DNA of 64,000 nt, from assembly GCA_020438295.1 (NCBI GenBank), contig JAGQUV010000006.1, positions 1,535-65,534 on the forward strand. Direction: 5' to 3'. The notes under the pieces were generated by a model. That model saw only the letters and a program-made list of their open reading frames with translations. It made no database searches and was not told the origin of the DNA. Numbering within the stretch: position 1 is the first letter of the stretch; every line of letters starts with the position of its first letter. Of the stretch, positions 20,779 to 30,811 are shown in pieces. A program made the translations under genes and the position numbers. The DNA comes from Solirubrobacterales bacterium (GTDB lineage Bacteria > Actinomycetota > Thermoleophilia > Solirubrobacterales > 70-9).

Positions 20779-21738
20779 GTGAACAGTAGAAAACGAATAG
20801 TGATTCTGAGAGGACTGCTTCAGGCAGGACTCGACCTGCTTGGTGAACAGCACGAGCTGCGGGTCGGCGGTCTCGACTCCACACCTGAACAATGGCTCGA
20901 GTTGGTCGAGGGTGCCGACGTAATCGTGGTCGACCCCACGGTTCCGGTAGGCCCGGAACTGCTCGACATGGCCGGAGACCGCCTGAAGTTGGTCGCGAAC
21001 TTCGCGGTGGGGTATGACAACGTAGACCTCGGCGCATGCTCGGAGCGTGGAGTGACAGTCACCAACACTCCCGACGTCCTGACCGATGCCACTGCCGAGT
21101 TGGCGGTGGCACTCACCCTGTCGGCCGCACGCGACCTTCCCGCGGCGGAGCGCAGCCTCCGGGCCGGTGAATGGTCGGGGTGGGACCCGGCCCGGTACAG
21201 GGGCTTCGAGCTGAGCGGTTCGACAGTCGGTGTAGTGGGAATGGGCAGGATCGGAAGGCGCTACGCCGAGCTGATGTCCGGGTTCGGTGTCGACCTCCTG
21301 TACACGTCACGCCGGTCGAGGGAAGAAGTCGAAATGGAGCTGGGCGCGCACCGGACCGGGCTGGACGAGCTGCTCAGCAGGTCGGACGTGATCAGTCTCC
21401 ATCTGCCGGCAACCGACCACACCCGTCACACCATCGACCGGCGGGCGATCGACCTGATGAAGCCGACCGCGATCCTGGTCAATACGGGAAGGGGAGGTCT
21501 GGTCGACTCGTCGGCGGTTGCGGCGGCGCTGAGCGAGGGCCGGCTGGGAGCCGCGGGACTCGACGTCTACGAGGGCGAGCCCGGGGTTCCCGAGGAGCTG
21601 CTGGGCGCACCGCGGACCACCCTCACCCCACACATCGGCTCGGCGACCTACCGGGCGCGGGACGCGATGGCCGAACTGGTCGCCATCAACGTGATCGCCG
21701 TGCTCGAGGGGCGCGAGCCGGTGACTCCGGTGGAATGA
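20779..21738 (+). CDS. D-isomer-specific 2-hydroxyacid dehydrogenase (glyoxylate/hydroxypyruvate reductase-like)
   Basis: GVVGMGRIGRRYA is the NAD motif, and LVNTGRGGLVD and TPHIGSAT are also present. The start is GTG 20779, or alternatively GTG 20800. Confidence 0.88.
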   Translation: MNSRKRIVILRGLLQAGLDLLGEQHELRVGGLDSTPEQWLELVEGADVIVVDPTVPVGPELLDMAGDRLKLVANFAVGYDNVDLGACSERGVTVTNTPDVLTDATAELAVALTLSAARDLPAAERSLRAGEWSGWDPARYRGFELSGSTVGVVGMGRIGRRYAELMSGFGVDLLYTSRRSREEVEMELGAHRTGLDELLSRSDVISLHLPATDHTRHTIDRRAIDLMKPTAILVNTGRGGLVDSSAVAAALSEGRLGAAGLDVYEGEPGVPEELLGAPRTTLTPHIGSATYRARDAMAELVAINVIAVLEGREPVTPVE

Positions 21739-21754
21739 TCCGTGCCGCCCGGGC

Positions 21755-22402
21755 TCAGTCCCGGTCGCTCTTCTTCGAGCGGGGGACCGTGCGGAACACG
21801 TAGTCCCAGACCGGGCTGGAAACCCCGTAACCGTAGTGGTGGTCCTGGAAGTGGTGGCGCATGTGGTGTTCGCGCACCTTCTTGCCCATCGAGCTCTTCG
21901 GGGCGAAGTGGTGGACGTAGTAGTGGGTGTAGTCGTAGATCAGGTAGCCGACCAGGAAGCCGGCGAATGCCGGATAGCCGGCCGGGCTGCCGAAGACCAG
22001 CATGAACGCGCCGAAGAAGATCACGGCGAGCGGCAGTGAAGCCGCCGGCGGCATGACCAGGCGCATCGGGTCGTTGGGGTGGTCGTGGTGAACCCCGTGG
22101 ATGATGAAGTTGATCTTGTCGCCGCCTTTGAACTTCGGCTGCCAGTGGAACAGCAGCCGGTGCAGCCAGTATTCGGAGAAGGTCCAGATCGCCATTCCGG
22201 CGACGGTAAGGCCGACCATCGCCAGGGCACTGGCCCCCCGGTCGGCTGCCAGCCAGAACATGACCGCGATGACCGGGATGAAGATCAGCGCCGGGACCGA
22301 AGGGTGGACCCTGGAAAAGAAGTTGAGGAAGCCGTTCTCGAACAGGTCCGGCGAGGCAGCAAGCTTTGAGGTACGTTCTGATGAGCCCATAATCGCCTCC
22401 AA
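21755..22402 (-). CDS. fatty acid hydroxylase superfamily / sterol desaturase family membrane protein
   Basis: Histidine boxes HRLLFH, HGVHHDHP, HYYVHH and HHMRHHF are present together with TM segments. Confidence 0.85.
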   Translation of the reverse strand: MEAIMGSSERTSKLAASPDLFENGFLNFFSRVHPSVPALIFIPVIAVMFWLAADRGASALAMVGLTVAGMAIWTFSEYWLHRLLFHWQPKFKGGDKINFIIHGVHHDHPNDPMRLVMPPAASLPLAVIFFGAFMLVFGSPAGYPAFAGFLVGYLIYDYTHYYVHHFAPKSSMGKKVREHHMRHHFQDHHYGYGVSSPVWDYVFRTVPRSKKSDRD

Positions 22403-22446
22403 TGGTAGCGTGATTGGTCCCCGATCTGAAGGAGTAACGACGCCGC

Positions 22447-23919
22447 ATGTCTCCAGCTGCCGCAGGCACCGCCCTCGACTTCAAAGTCGCCGATCTGAGT
22501 CAGGCCGAATACGGCCGCAACGAGATCCGCCTGGCCGAGCACGAGATGCCCGGCCTGATGGCCACGCGTCGCGAGTTCTCCGGGGCCAAGCCGCTTTCCG
22601 GAGCCCGGATAACCGGTTCGCTTCACATGACCGTCCAGACGGCGGTCCTGATCGAGACCCTGGTCGAACTCGGCGCCGAGGTCCGCTGGGCCAGCTGCAA
22701 CATCTTCTCCACCCAGGACCATGCCGCCGCCGCGGTCGCGGTCGGGCCCGACGGTACGCCGGAGAGCCCGAAAGGGGTGCCGGTTTTCGCCTGGAAGGGA
22801 GAGACGCTCGAGGAGTACTGGTGGTGCACCGAGCAGGCGCTGACCTGGCCGGAGCCGGGGCCCGACGGCGCGGTCGGGCCGAACATGCTGCTCGACGACG
22901 GCGGCGACGCGACCCTGCTGATCCACAAGGGAGTCGAGTTCGAAAAGGCCGGCGCGGTCCCGGATCCGGCCGGGGCCGACTCCGAGGAGTTCCGGGTGGT
23001 GCTCCAGACACTTACCGACTCACTGGCCGCCGAGCCGGCCAAGTGGACCGAGCTGGCCAGAGGGGTGATGGGGGTCACCGAGGAGACGACTACCGGTGTC
23101 CACCGGCTATACGAGATGAAGGATCGGGGCGAGCTGCTGTTCGCCGCGATAAACGTCAACGACTCGGTCACCAAGTCGAAGTTCGACAACCTCTACGGCT
23201 GCCGTCACTCACTGGTCGACGGGATAAACCGGGCTACCGACGTGATGCTCGCGGGCAAGACCGCGGTGATCTGCGGGTTCGGCGACGTCGGCAAGGGCTG
23301 TGCCGAATCGCTGCGCGGCCAGGGAGCCCGGGTGATCGTCACCGAGATCGACCCGATCTGCGCCCTGCAGGCCGCGATGCAGGGATTCGAGGTGAGGCGG
23401 CTCGACGATGTGATCGAGTCGGCCGACGTCTTCGTCACCGCAACCGGCAACAAGGACATCATCACCGCCGGCGACATGGGCCGGATGAAGCACCAGGCGA
23501 TCGTCGGCAACATCGGGCACTTCGACAATGAGATCGACATCGCCGGACTGGAGTCGGTCGGTGGCGTCAAGCGGATTGAGATAAAGCCACAGGTCCACGA
23601 GTGGCAGTTCCCCGACGGGCACTCGGTGATCGTCCTCTCGGAGGGCCGGTTGCTCAACCTCGGCAACGCGACCGGCCACCCGAGCTTCGTGATGTCGAAC
23701 TCGTTCACCAACCAGGTGATCGCCCAGATCGAACTGTTCACCCGGGCCGACCACTACGGGATCGGGGTCTACGTGCTGCCGAAGCGGCTCGACGAGAAGG
23801 TCGCCCGACTCCACCTCGATGCGCTCGGTGTCGACCTGACCGAGCTCAGCCCCGAGCAGGCCGCCTACATCGGGGTGGACGTCGAAGGCCCGTACAAGCC
23901 CGAGCACTACCGCTACTAG
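22447..23919 (+). CDS. ahcY: adenosylhomocysteinase
   Basis: [28 protein letters not shown] and [10 protein letters not shown] are present with a C-terminal YRY. The product is 490 aa. Confidence 0.96.
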   Translation: MSPAAAGTALDFKVADLSQAEYGRNEIRLAEHEMPGLMATRREFSGAKPLSGARITGSLHMTVQTAVLIETLVELGAEVRWASCNIFSTQDHAAAAVAVGPDGTPESPKGVPVFAWKGETLEEYWWCTEQALTWPEPGPDGAVGPNMLLDDGGDATLLIHKGVEFEKAGAVPDPAGADSEEFRVVLQTLTDSLAAEPAKWTELARGVMGVTEETTTGVHRLYEMKDRGELLFAAINVNDSVTKSKFDNLYGCRHSLVDGINRATDVMLAGKTAVICGFGDVGKGCAESLRGQGARVIVTEIDPICALQAAMQGFEVRRLDDVIESADVFVTATGNKDIITAGDMGRMKHQAIVGNIGHFDNEIDIAGLESVGGVKRIEIKPQVHEWQFPDGHSVIVLSEGRLLNLGNATGHPSFVMSNSFTNQVIAQIELFTRADHYGIGVYVLPKRLDEKVARLHLDALGVDLTELSPEQAAYIGVDVEGPYKPEHYRY

Positions 23920-24067
23920 GAGCCGCGCCGGCGCTTAAGTCGGCCGGCCGTTGAATCTCTCCCCCCGGGGCGCCCGGAAGGCGATCCCAAAATGCGGGGT
24001 CGTTGCAAAGTTGTGAAAAAAGATTGCTGCGATTTGCGGATTCGGGCCCGACCGATCCGGGTCCGAA

Positions 24068-24286
24068 TTGCTTGGATGGATCGCAGTGGCCGCCCGCAAG
24101 TCAGACACCCCCCGATGCGAGGACTGCTACTTCCGCAAGCAGATGCTGTGTGCACTCGACCTCGAAGATCCCTGCGTGAGTTTCCGGCCGAGCCGGCCCG
24201 AGGGCCTGGTGCCGCCGAAGCAGCCGGTCCTGCTGCTCAGGCCTCCGCGCTGGGCTGACGGTCGCACCGCCGGCACCGCCGCCTGA
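24068..24286 (+). CDS. candidate small Cys-containing protein (72 aa or shorter)
   Basis: This is the only ORF in the 526-nt gap with a strong G/C third-position bias, checked codon by codon. It contains CEDCYFRKQMLCALDLEDPCVSFRP (CxxC..C..C). The start is uncertain and I recognise no family. Confidence 0.4.
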   Translation: MLGWIAVAARKSDTPRCEDCYFRKQMLCALDLEDPCVSFRPSRPEGLVPPKQPVLLLRPPRWADGRTAGTAA

Positions 24287-24445
24287 GCGGCCTCCGGGCG
24301 CTGCGGCCGATCGACCCTCCGGGGGGCTGCGGGCGATCGACCGGTCCCGCCCGACGGATTGCCGCTCCCGGTGGCGGTGTGAATCGGGCGGCCCAGTTCG
24401 GGGAGGTTTCCCCGCCGCCCTACCGGCCGGAATAACCTTTACCCG

Positions 24446-25237
24446 ATGAAGCTCACAGTGCTGGGAAAGTCCCCTGCCTGGCAGGACGCCGGTGGTGCCT
24501 GCAGCGGTTATCTGGTCACCGAGGGCGAGACTGCGATCCTGCTCGATTGCGGCAACGGGATTTTCGGCAAGCTGCGCGGGTCCTACGACTACGTCGACGT
24601 CGACGCGGTGTTCGTCTCCCACATGCACGCCGATCACTACCTGGACCTGTTTCCCTTTGCGTTCGCCCTGCTACTGGCCCCGCGACAGCAACCGGTACCG
24701 GTCGATCGCTGGCCCGGCACCGACAATCCGGCCCGGCCGATGCTTCACCTGCCCCCGGGCGGGTACGGAATGCTCCGCCAGATCGCAAGGATCATCGGGG
24801 TGCCCCGGCTGATCGACGAGGCGTTCGTGGTCGATGAATACGATCCCCGCGCCCGGGTCGAAACCGGTCCGTTGACCGTCTCGTTTCGCGAGGTCCCGCA
24901 CTACACGAGGACCTGGGCGATCGAGACGACCGGCCCGTCCGGCACGCGGATGACCTACGGTGCCGACTGCCGCCCGAACCGGGAGTTGATCGACTTCGCC
25001 AGGGAGACCGACCTGCTGGTCGCCGAGGCGACGCTGCCCCGCCCGGAGCGGACCGGGATGCGCGGTCACATGACCCCGGCCGAGGCCGGCGAGCACGCGG
25101 CAGCAGCGGCCGCCCGACAGCTGGTCCTCACCCACATCTCGGACGAACTCGACCCCGAGTGGGCTGCCGCAGAGGCCGGCGGCCGGTTCGACGGCCCGGT
25201 CGACGTCGCCCGCGAGGGGATGGAGCTCGACCTCTAA
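24446..25237 (+). CDS. MBL-fold metallo-hydrolase (RNase Z/ElaC-like)
   Basis: The motifs LLDCGNG, HMHADH and THIS are present. The product is 263 aa. Confidence 0.85.
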   Translation: MKLTVLGKSPAWQDAGGACSGYLVTEGETAILLDCGNGIFGKLRGSYDYVDVDAVFVSHMHADHYLDLFPFAFALLLAPRQQPVPVDRWPGTDNPARPMLHLPPGGYGMLRQIARIIGVPRLIDEAFVVDEYDPRARVETGPLTVSFREVPHYTRTWAIETTGPSGTRMTYGADCRPNRELIDFARETDLLVAEATLPRPERTGMRGHMTPAEAGEHAAAAAARQLVLTHISDELDPEWAAAEAGGRFDGPVDVAREGMELDL

Positions 25238-25248
25238 GCTATCCGGCA

Positions 25249-25716
25249 ATGTCTGAAAGGGACCTGTTTGCCAACTTCGCCCGGATGCGCCGCGAGATGG
25301 ATGAGATGCTCGGCAGCAGCTGGGGGCGGTCCGGATTCGCGGTCCGGAGATCGAGCGGTTTTTCGCCGAATGTCGATGTCTATTACTGTGGTGACCCGCA
25401 GCGGGCGGTGGTCAAGTGCGACCTCGCCGGAGTCGGACTCGAGACCGTGGGGATCGAAGTCAGCGGCCGTCAGCTCACGATCGTCGGTGAGAGGGCCGTC
25501 CAGGAGACCGAGGGCCGGGTCTACCAGCAGGTCGAGATTCCGACCGGGCCGTTCCGGCGTGTGGTCGAGCTCCAGGTCGACGTCGACGCCGACCGGGCCG
25601 GTGCCACCTACGAGGATGGTGTGCTCAGGGTCGACCTGCCGCTGAGGACCGATTCGGAGGTGACGCGCAGGGTCCCCGTGGATCGGGCCGGCACGAGGCG
25701 TGACGTCGATGGCTGA
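25249..25716 (+). CDS. Hsp20/alpha-crystallin family small heat-shock protein
   Basis: The start is MSERDLF (ATG 25249), 11 nt after the MBL stop. The alpha-crystallin core has DLAGV...IEVSGRQLTIVGER...A.YEDGVLRVDLP. Confidence 0.88.
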   Translation: MSERDLFANFARMRREMDEMLGSSWGRSGFAVRRSSGFSPNVDVYYCGDPQRAVVKCDLAGVGLETVGIEVSGRQLTIVGERAVQETEGRVYQQVEIPTGPFRRVVELQVDVDADRAGATYEDGVLRVDLPLRTDSEVTRRVPVDRAGTRRDVDG

Positions 25717-28177
25717 CGTTCCGTCCGACCCGAAGTCCGGGCTCTCCGAGATCGACCCGGCGAAGGCCGCGGTCGAGTCGGTGCCGGTTCTCGAGGTGGC
25801 CGAGAGCGGCGACGAAGAGGCGGCAATCCGTGAGGCCCGATCGCTTCCCGACGCGATGCCGGTCCTGCCGCTGCGCGAGACGGTCGCCTACCCGGAGACC
25901 CTGACCCCGCTCGGGGTCGGCCAGGAGCGGTCGATCAAGCTGGTCGACGACGTGCTGGCCGGCAACCGCATGCTGGCCATGGTCGCCTCGAAGGACCCGG
26001 AGCAGGACAATCCGTCGCCCGACCAGCTGTACGAGGTCGGCGTGGTCGGCGTGGTCACCCGGATGCTCAAGGTGCCCGACGGCACGATCAGGGTCCTGGT
26101 CCAGGGAAGCCAGCGGGTCAGGCTCGGCCCGTACATCGCCGAACAGCCGTACCTGGTCGCCAGGATCACCGAGATGCCGGACCTGCACGAACCGACGCCC
26201 GAGCTGGAGGCCCTGAGCCGGAACGTCCAGAGCACGTTCTCCGACATCATCGAGCAGATCCCGTATCTGCCGGAAGAGCTCCAGATGGCGGTCGCGAACG
26301 TCGAGGAGCCGTCGGCGCTGTCCCACCTGATCGCCGGTGCCCTGCGGATCTCGACCGAGGAGAAGCAGAGCCTGCTGGAGGAAGTCGACGTCGCCAAGCG
26401 CCTGCGCATGCTGTCGGAGATCCTCGCCCGCGAGCTGGAGGTGATCCAGCTGGGTTCGCAGATCCAGTCGGAAGTGCAGTCCTCGATCGACAAGGGACAG
26501 CGTGAGTACTTCCTCCGGGAGCAGCTCAAGGCGATCCAGGCCGAACTGGGCGAGCAGGACGAACAGGCGGCAGAGGTCAACGAGCTGAGGGAGCGGGTCG
26601 AGCAGGCCGGTCTCCCGGAGCAGGCCCGGCAGGCGGCCGACCGCGAGCTCGGCCGCCTGGAGAAGCTGCCTCCGGCCGCGGCCGAGCACGGCGTCATCCG
26701 GACCTACCTCGAGTGGCTGGTTGAGCTTCCTTGGCAGGCGGAGACCGAGGACAACCTCGATATCTCCCACGCTCACGAGGTCCTCGACGAGGACCACTAC
26801 GACATGGAAGAGATCAAGGACCGTATCCTCGAGTACCTGGCGGTCCGCAAGCTGAACCCGGAATCGCCCGGCCCGATCCTCTGCTTCGTCGGTCCGCCCG
26901 GCGTCGGCAAGACCAGCCTCGGCAAGTCGATCGCGAGGGCGCTCGGCCGGGAGTTCGAACGGATCTCGGTGGGCGGGGTACGCGACGAGGCCGAGATCCG
27001 GGGCCACCGCCGGACCTACATCGGGGCAATGCCCGGCACGATAATCCGGGCGTTGCGCGATGCCGGGTCCCGCAACCCGGTCTTCATGATCGACGAGATC
27101 GACAAGATGGGCTCGGACTTCCGCGGGGACCCCTCATCGGCGATGCTGGAGGTACTCGATCCGGCCCAGAACGATTCGTTCCGGGACCACTATCTCGACG
27201 TCTCGTTCGATCTTTCCGACGTGATGTTCATCGCCACCGCGAACGTGCTCGACACGATCCCCGGGCCGTTGCGCGACCGCATGGAGGTGATCCAGCTGGC
27301 CGGATACACGGTGGACGAGAAGCGACACATCGCCCGCCGCTACCTGGTCCCGCGCCAGGTCAAGGCGAATGGGCTCACGGCCAGCCAGATCAGCTTCAGC
27401 GATCCGGCCCTGACCGTGATCATCGAGGAGTACACCCGCGAGGCCGGCGTGCGCAACCTGGAGCGGGAGATCGGCACCGTCTGCCGCAAGATCGCCCGCG
27501 AGTTCGCCGAGGCGGGCGGCGGGAAGAAGAAGTCCAGGTCCAGGAAGGTGACTGTTTCCGGCAAGAAGGCACGGGAGCTGCTCGGCCGGCAGCGCGTCTT
27601 CCCGGAGACCCGCCGCCGTACCCGCGATCCAGGTGTATCGACCGGCCTGGCCTGGACCCCGACCGGCGGGGACGTGCTGTTCATCGAGGCGACCGCGATG
27701 CCGGGCAGCGGCAAGCTTTCGATCACCGGCCAGCTCGGCGACGTGATGCGCGAGTCGGCCCAGGCGGCGCTCTCCTACGTCAGGGCCAACGCCGAGGACC
27801 TGTTCCCGGGCATCGACGACGACTGGTTCTCGACGCGCGACATCCACGTCCACGTTCCGGCCGGCGCCGTCCCCAAGGACGGCCCGTCGGCCGGGGTCGC
27901 GATGACCGTGGCCCTGGTCTCGCTGATTTCCGGCCGTCCGGTCCGGAACGACGTGGCGATGACCGGCGAGGTGACCCTGACCGGGCAGGTCCTGCCGATC
28001 GGCGGGGTCAAGGAAAAGTCGCTGGCCGCGCAACGCGCCGGGATCAAGCTGGTCATCCTGCCGAGCCGCAACGAGGGCGACGTCGACGAGATCCCGGAGC
28101 ACGAGCGCGCCGGGATCGAGTTCGTTTATGCCGACCAGGTCGGTGATGCGCTGGCGATCGCCCTCGACGGCAGCTAG
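25709..28177 (+). CDS. lon: ATP-dependent Lon protease
   Basis: The Lon N-domain (LPVLPLRETVAYP), Walker A (GPPGVGKTS) and S16 active site (PKDGPSAGVAM) are all present. The ATG at 25709 overlaps the hsp20 stop (ATGGCTGA); an alternative GTG lies at 25700. Confidence 0.96.
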   Translation: MADVPSDPKSGLSEIDPAKAAVESVPVLEVAESGDEEAAIREARSLPDAMPVLPLRETVAYPETLTPLGVGQERSIKLVDDVLAGNRMLAMVASKDPEQDNPSPDQLYEVGVVGVVTRMLKVPDGTIRVLVQGSQRVRLGPYIAEQPYLVARITEMPDLHEPTPELEALSRNVQSTFSDIIEQIPYLPEELQMAVANVEEPSALSHLIAGALRISTEEKQSLLEEVDVAKRLRMLSEILARELEVIQLGSQIQSEVQSSIDKGQREYFLREQLKAIQAELGEQDEQAAEVNELRERVEQAGLPEQARQAADRELGRLEKLPPAAAEHGVIRTYLEWLVELPWQAETEDNLDISHAHEVLDEDHYDMEEIKDRILEYLAVRKLNPESPGPILCFVGPPGVGKTSLGKSIARALGREFERISVGGVRDEAEIRGHRRTYIGAMPGTIIRALRDAGSRNPVFMIDEIDKMGSDFRGDPSSAMLEVLDPAQNDSFRDHYLDVSFDLSDVMFIATANVLDTIPGPLRDRMEVIQLAGYTVDEKRHIARRYLVPRQVKANGLTASQISFSDPALTVIIEEYTREAGVRNLEREIGTVCRKIAREFAEAGGGKKKSRSRKVTVSGKKARELLGRQRVFPETRRRTRDPGVSTGLAWTPTGGDVLFIEATAMPGSGKLSITGQLGDVMRESAQAALSYVRANAEDLFPGIDDDWFSTRDIHVHVPAGAVPKDGPSAGVAMTVALVSLISGRPVRNDVAMTGEVTLTGQVLPIGGVKEKSLAAQRAGIKLVILPSRNEGDVDEIPEHERAGIEFVYADQVGDALAIALDGS

Positions 28178-28238
28178 TGCCGGACGGGCCGCCGACCGCT
28201 ATTCTGATTGCAAGCTCACCCGACCAAGCGAGGACGAA

Positions 28239-28697
28239 ATGGCCAACGAGAAATTCTCCACCAAAGCCGGCAACGTCTACGGTGCCGCGCGCGACAACCA
28301 GTACGTCCGCCGGGTCGTCGAAGACCAGGAACTGCGGGACAGCCTGATCGCGGCCTTCCTGGCCGCCCGCAAGGCCCACAAGCGGGTCTCGGAGAGCAAT
28401 GCGTCGGCAGTCGAGTCGGTCACCGGCGACCGCCGGGTCAAGCGCGAGCTGCAGAACGCGGCCGATTCGCTGCGTGACGCGTCGGAGAGAATCCGCGAGC
28501 CGAAGAAGAAGCGCCACCCGTTCCGCAAGCTGTTTGCGCTCGGCCTGCTGGCCACCGGTCTGGTCCTGATCTTCAGCGAGTCGGCCCGTCAGACGCTCCT
28601 GGACGCCGTATTCGGGGCCGAGGAGGAGTTCGTCTACACCTCGACCACTTCGCCCGATTCGGCGCCGCAAAGCAACGGGACGCCGGTAGGCGAGTAG
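28239..28697 (+). CDS. hypothetical protein with helical N-terminal region and one TM segment
   Basis: The start is MANEKF, preceded by gaggacgaa. GC3 is high, and the single hydrophobic segment is LFALGLLATGLVLIF. I recognise no family. Confidence 0.6.
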   Translation: MANEKFSTKAGNVYGAARDNQYVRRVVEDQELRDSLIAAFLAARKAHKRVSESNASAVESVTGDRRVKRELQNAADSLRDASERIREPKKKRHPFRKLFALGLLATGLVLIFSESARQTLLDAVFGAEEEFVYTSTTSPDSAPQSNGTPVGE

Positions 28698-28766
28698 TCC
28701 CGGGCCGGAGCGGGTGCTCCGGGCGCGGGCGGCCCGACCCCGGCTTCCCTAGTATCCCGCCTCCTC

Positions 28767-30599
28767 GTGGAGCGCCGGGAAGACATAAGGAACATCGCGA
28801 TCGTGGCTCACGTCGACCACGGCAAGACGACCCTGGTCGACGCCATGCTGTGGCAGTCGGGAGCCTTCCGGAAGGGCCAGGACGTGAACGAGCGGGTGAT
28901 GGACTCGATGGACCTGGAGCGGGAGAAAGGCATCACGATCCTGGCCAAGAACACCGCGGTCACCTACGACGGGATCAAGATGAACATCATTGACACGCCC
29001 GGGCACGCCGACTTCGGGGGCGAGGTCGAACGCGGGCTGACCATGGTGGACGGGGTGGTGCTGCTGGTCGATTCTTCGGAGGGCCCATTGCCCCAGACCC
29101 GGTTCGTCCTGGGCAAGGCGCTCGACGCCGGCCTGCCGGTGATCCTCGTGGTCAACAAGGTCGACCGGCCCGACGCCCGGATCGCGGAGGTGGTGGACGA
29201 GGTCTACGAGCTGTTCATCGACCTCGGGGCGGACGGCGAGCAGATCGAGTTCCCGATCGTCTACACCAACGCCAGGGCCGGCTGGGCGTCGCTCACCGAG
29301 GGAGCCGAGGGCGAGGACCTGAAGCCGCTGATGGAGTTGATGGCCGAGCGCATCCCGGCACCCGAGTACGACCCTGACCATCCGGCTCAGGCCTACGTGA
29401 CCAACCTCGACGCCTCCCCGTACCTCGGCCGGCTGGCACTCTGCCGGGTCCGGCAGGGCACGATCCGTTCGGGTGCCCCGGTCGCCTGGTGCAGGGCCGA
29501 CGGCTCGATCGAGCGGGCAGACATATCGGAGCTGTTCGTGACCGAGGCACTTGAACGGGTCCCGACCGACCAGGCCGGTCCGGGCGAGATCATCGCCGTG
29601 GCCGGGATCGAAGAGGTGACCATCGGCGAGACCCTGGCCGACCCAGACGATCCCCGGCCGCTACCGGTGATCGAGGTCGACGAGCCGTCGCTCTCGATCG
29701 AAGTCGGGATCAACACCTCGCCCCTGGCCGGCAGGGAAGGCACCCGGCTGACCGCGCGGCAGATCCGGAACCGGCTCGAGCAGGAGCTGCTGGGCAACGT
29801 CGCGATCCGGGTCCTGCCGACCGAGCGGCCGGACGCCTGGGAGGTCCAGGGCCGGGGCGAGCTCCAGCTCGTGGTCCTGCTCGAGATCATGCGCCGGGAG
29901 GGGTTCGAGCTGACCGCCGGCCAGCCGCGGGTGATAACCCGGGAGATCGGCGGCGTGACCAATGAGCCGATGGAGCGCCTGGTCGTCGACGTGCCGGAGG
30001 AGTTCGTGGGGCCGGTGACCCAGCTGCTGGCGGGCCGGAAGGGCCGGATGGAGAACATGACCGCACAGTCGGATTCCCGCAACCGCCTCGACTACGTGAT
30101 CCCGGCCCGCGGCCTGGTCGGGTTCCGGACCGAGTTTCTGACCGAGACCCGGGGCACCGGGATCCTCCACCACGTGTTCGAAGGCTGGGAACCGTGGGCC
30201 GGCGAGATCAGCACCCGGGCGACCGGATCGCTGGTCGCCGACCGCCGGGGGACCACCGCCGCATTCGCGCTGTTCGGGCTTCAGGAGCGGGGCGCGCTGT
30301 TCGTCGGACCGGGCACCGACGTCTACGAGGGGATGATCGTCGGCGAGCATGCCCGCGGCAACGATCTCGACGTCAACGCGGTGAAGGAGAAGCAGTTGAC
30401 CAACATGCGGTCTTCGACCTCCGACGTGCTGGTTCGGCTGACTCCTCCCAAGCCGCTCAACCTCGAGTCGGCGATCGAGTTCCTGCGCGCCGACGAGTGC
30501 GTGGAGATCACGCCGGACTCGATCCGCCTGCGCAAGGTGATCCTCGACGGCAATGAGCGGATGAAGGCCGCCCGCAGGATCAAGAACCTCTCCCGCTAG
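28767..30599 (+). CDS. typA: translational GTPase TypA/BipA
   Basis: [33 protein letters not shown] and NKVDR are present. The 610-aa product has the EF-G-like domain order. Confidence 0.96.
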   Translation: MERREDIRNIAIVAHVDHGKTTLVDAMLWQSGAFRKGQDVNERVMDSMDLEREKGITILAKNTAVTYDGIKMNIIDTPGHADFGGEVERGLTMVDGVVLLVDSSEGPLPQTRFVLGKALDAGLPVILVVNKVDRPDARIAEVVDEVYELFIDLGADGEQIEFPIVYTNARAGWASLTEGAEGEDLKPLMELMAERIPAPEYDPDHPAQAYVTNLDASPYLGRLALCRVRQGTIRSGAPVAWCRADGSIERADISELFVTEALERVPTDQAGPGEIIAVAGIEEVTIGETLADPDDPRPLPVIEVDEPSLSIEVGINTSPLAGREGTRLTARQIRNRLEQELLGNVAIRVLPTERPDAWEVQGRGELQLVVLLEIMRREGFELTAGQPRVITREIGGVTNEPMERLVVDVPEEFVGPVTQLLAGRKGRMENMTAQSDSRNRLDYVIPARGLVGFRTEFLTETRGTGILHHVFEGWEPWAGEISTRATGSLVADRRGTTAAFALFGLQERGALFVGPGTDVYEGMIVGEHARGNDLDVNAVKEKQLTNMRSSTSDVLVRLTPPKPLNLESAIEFLRADECVEITPDSIRLRKVILDGNERMKAARRIKNLSR

Positions 30600-30633
30600 C
30601 CTCCGCTCGCGCCGCTCGGTCCGATGCAAGACG

Positions 30634-30660
30634 GATGGTGAGGCCGAAGGCCTCACCATC
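30634..30660. terminator. perfect 12-bp stem / 3-nt loop hairpin after typA
   Basis: The sequence is gatggtgaggcc-gaa-ggcctcaccatc, 35 nt after the typA stop, in a convergent intergenic region. Confidence 0.6.
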
Positions 30661-30811
30661 GCCCCCTCCCCCCGAATCAAGCCCCTGCCTTGCATCCCTC
30701 CTGGCAAGTCGGACTCGGTTACCTAAACAGCACTGTCCGCCGATGGTTGCGCTGCAGCACCGAAAGTATTTCCGTCGCCGGCGGCGGTGCGGCCCCCGGG
30801 ACCGGTCGGGT

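Noticed and set aside
22403-22446. SAH riboswitch upstream of ahcY
   Set aside because: The intergenic space to the divergent hydroxylase gene is only 44 nt and contains little beyond a gaaggag Shine-Dalgarno sequence. That is too short for the SAH element.
23992-24258. 88-aa ORF overlapping the Cys-motif ORF in another frame
   Set aside because: Its third-position G/C bias is weaker than in the 24068-24286 frame, and its translation is Arg/Pro-rich with no motif.
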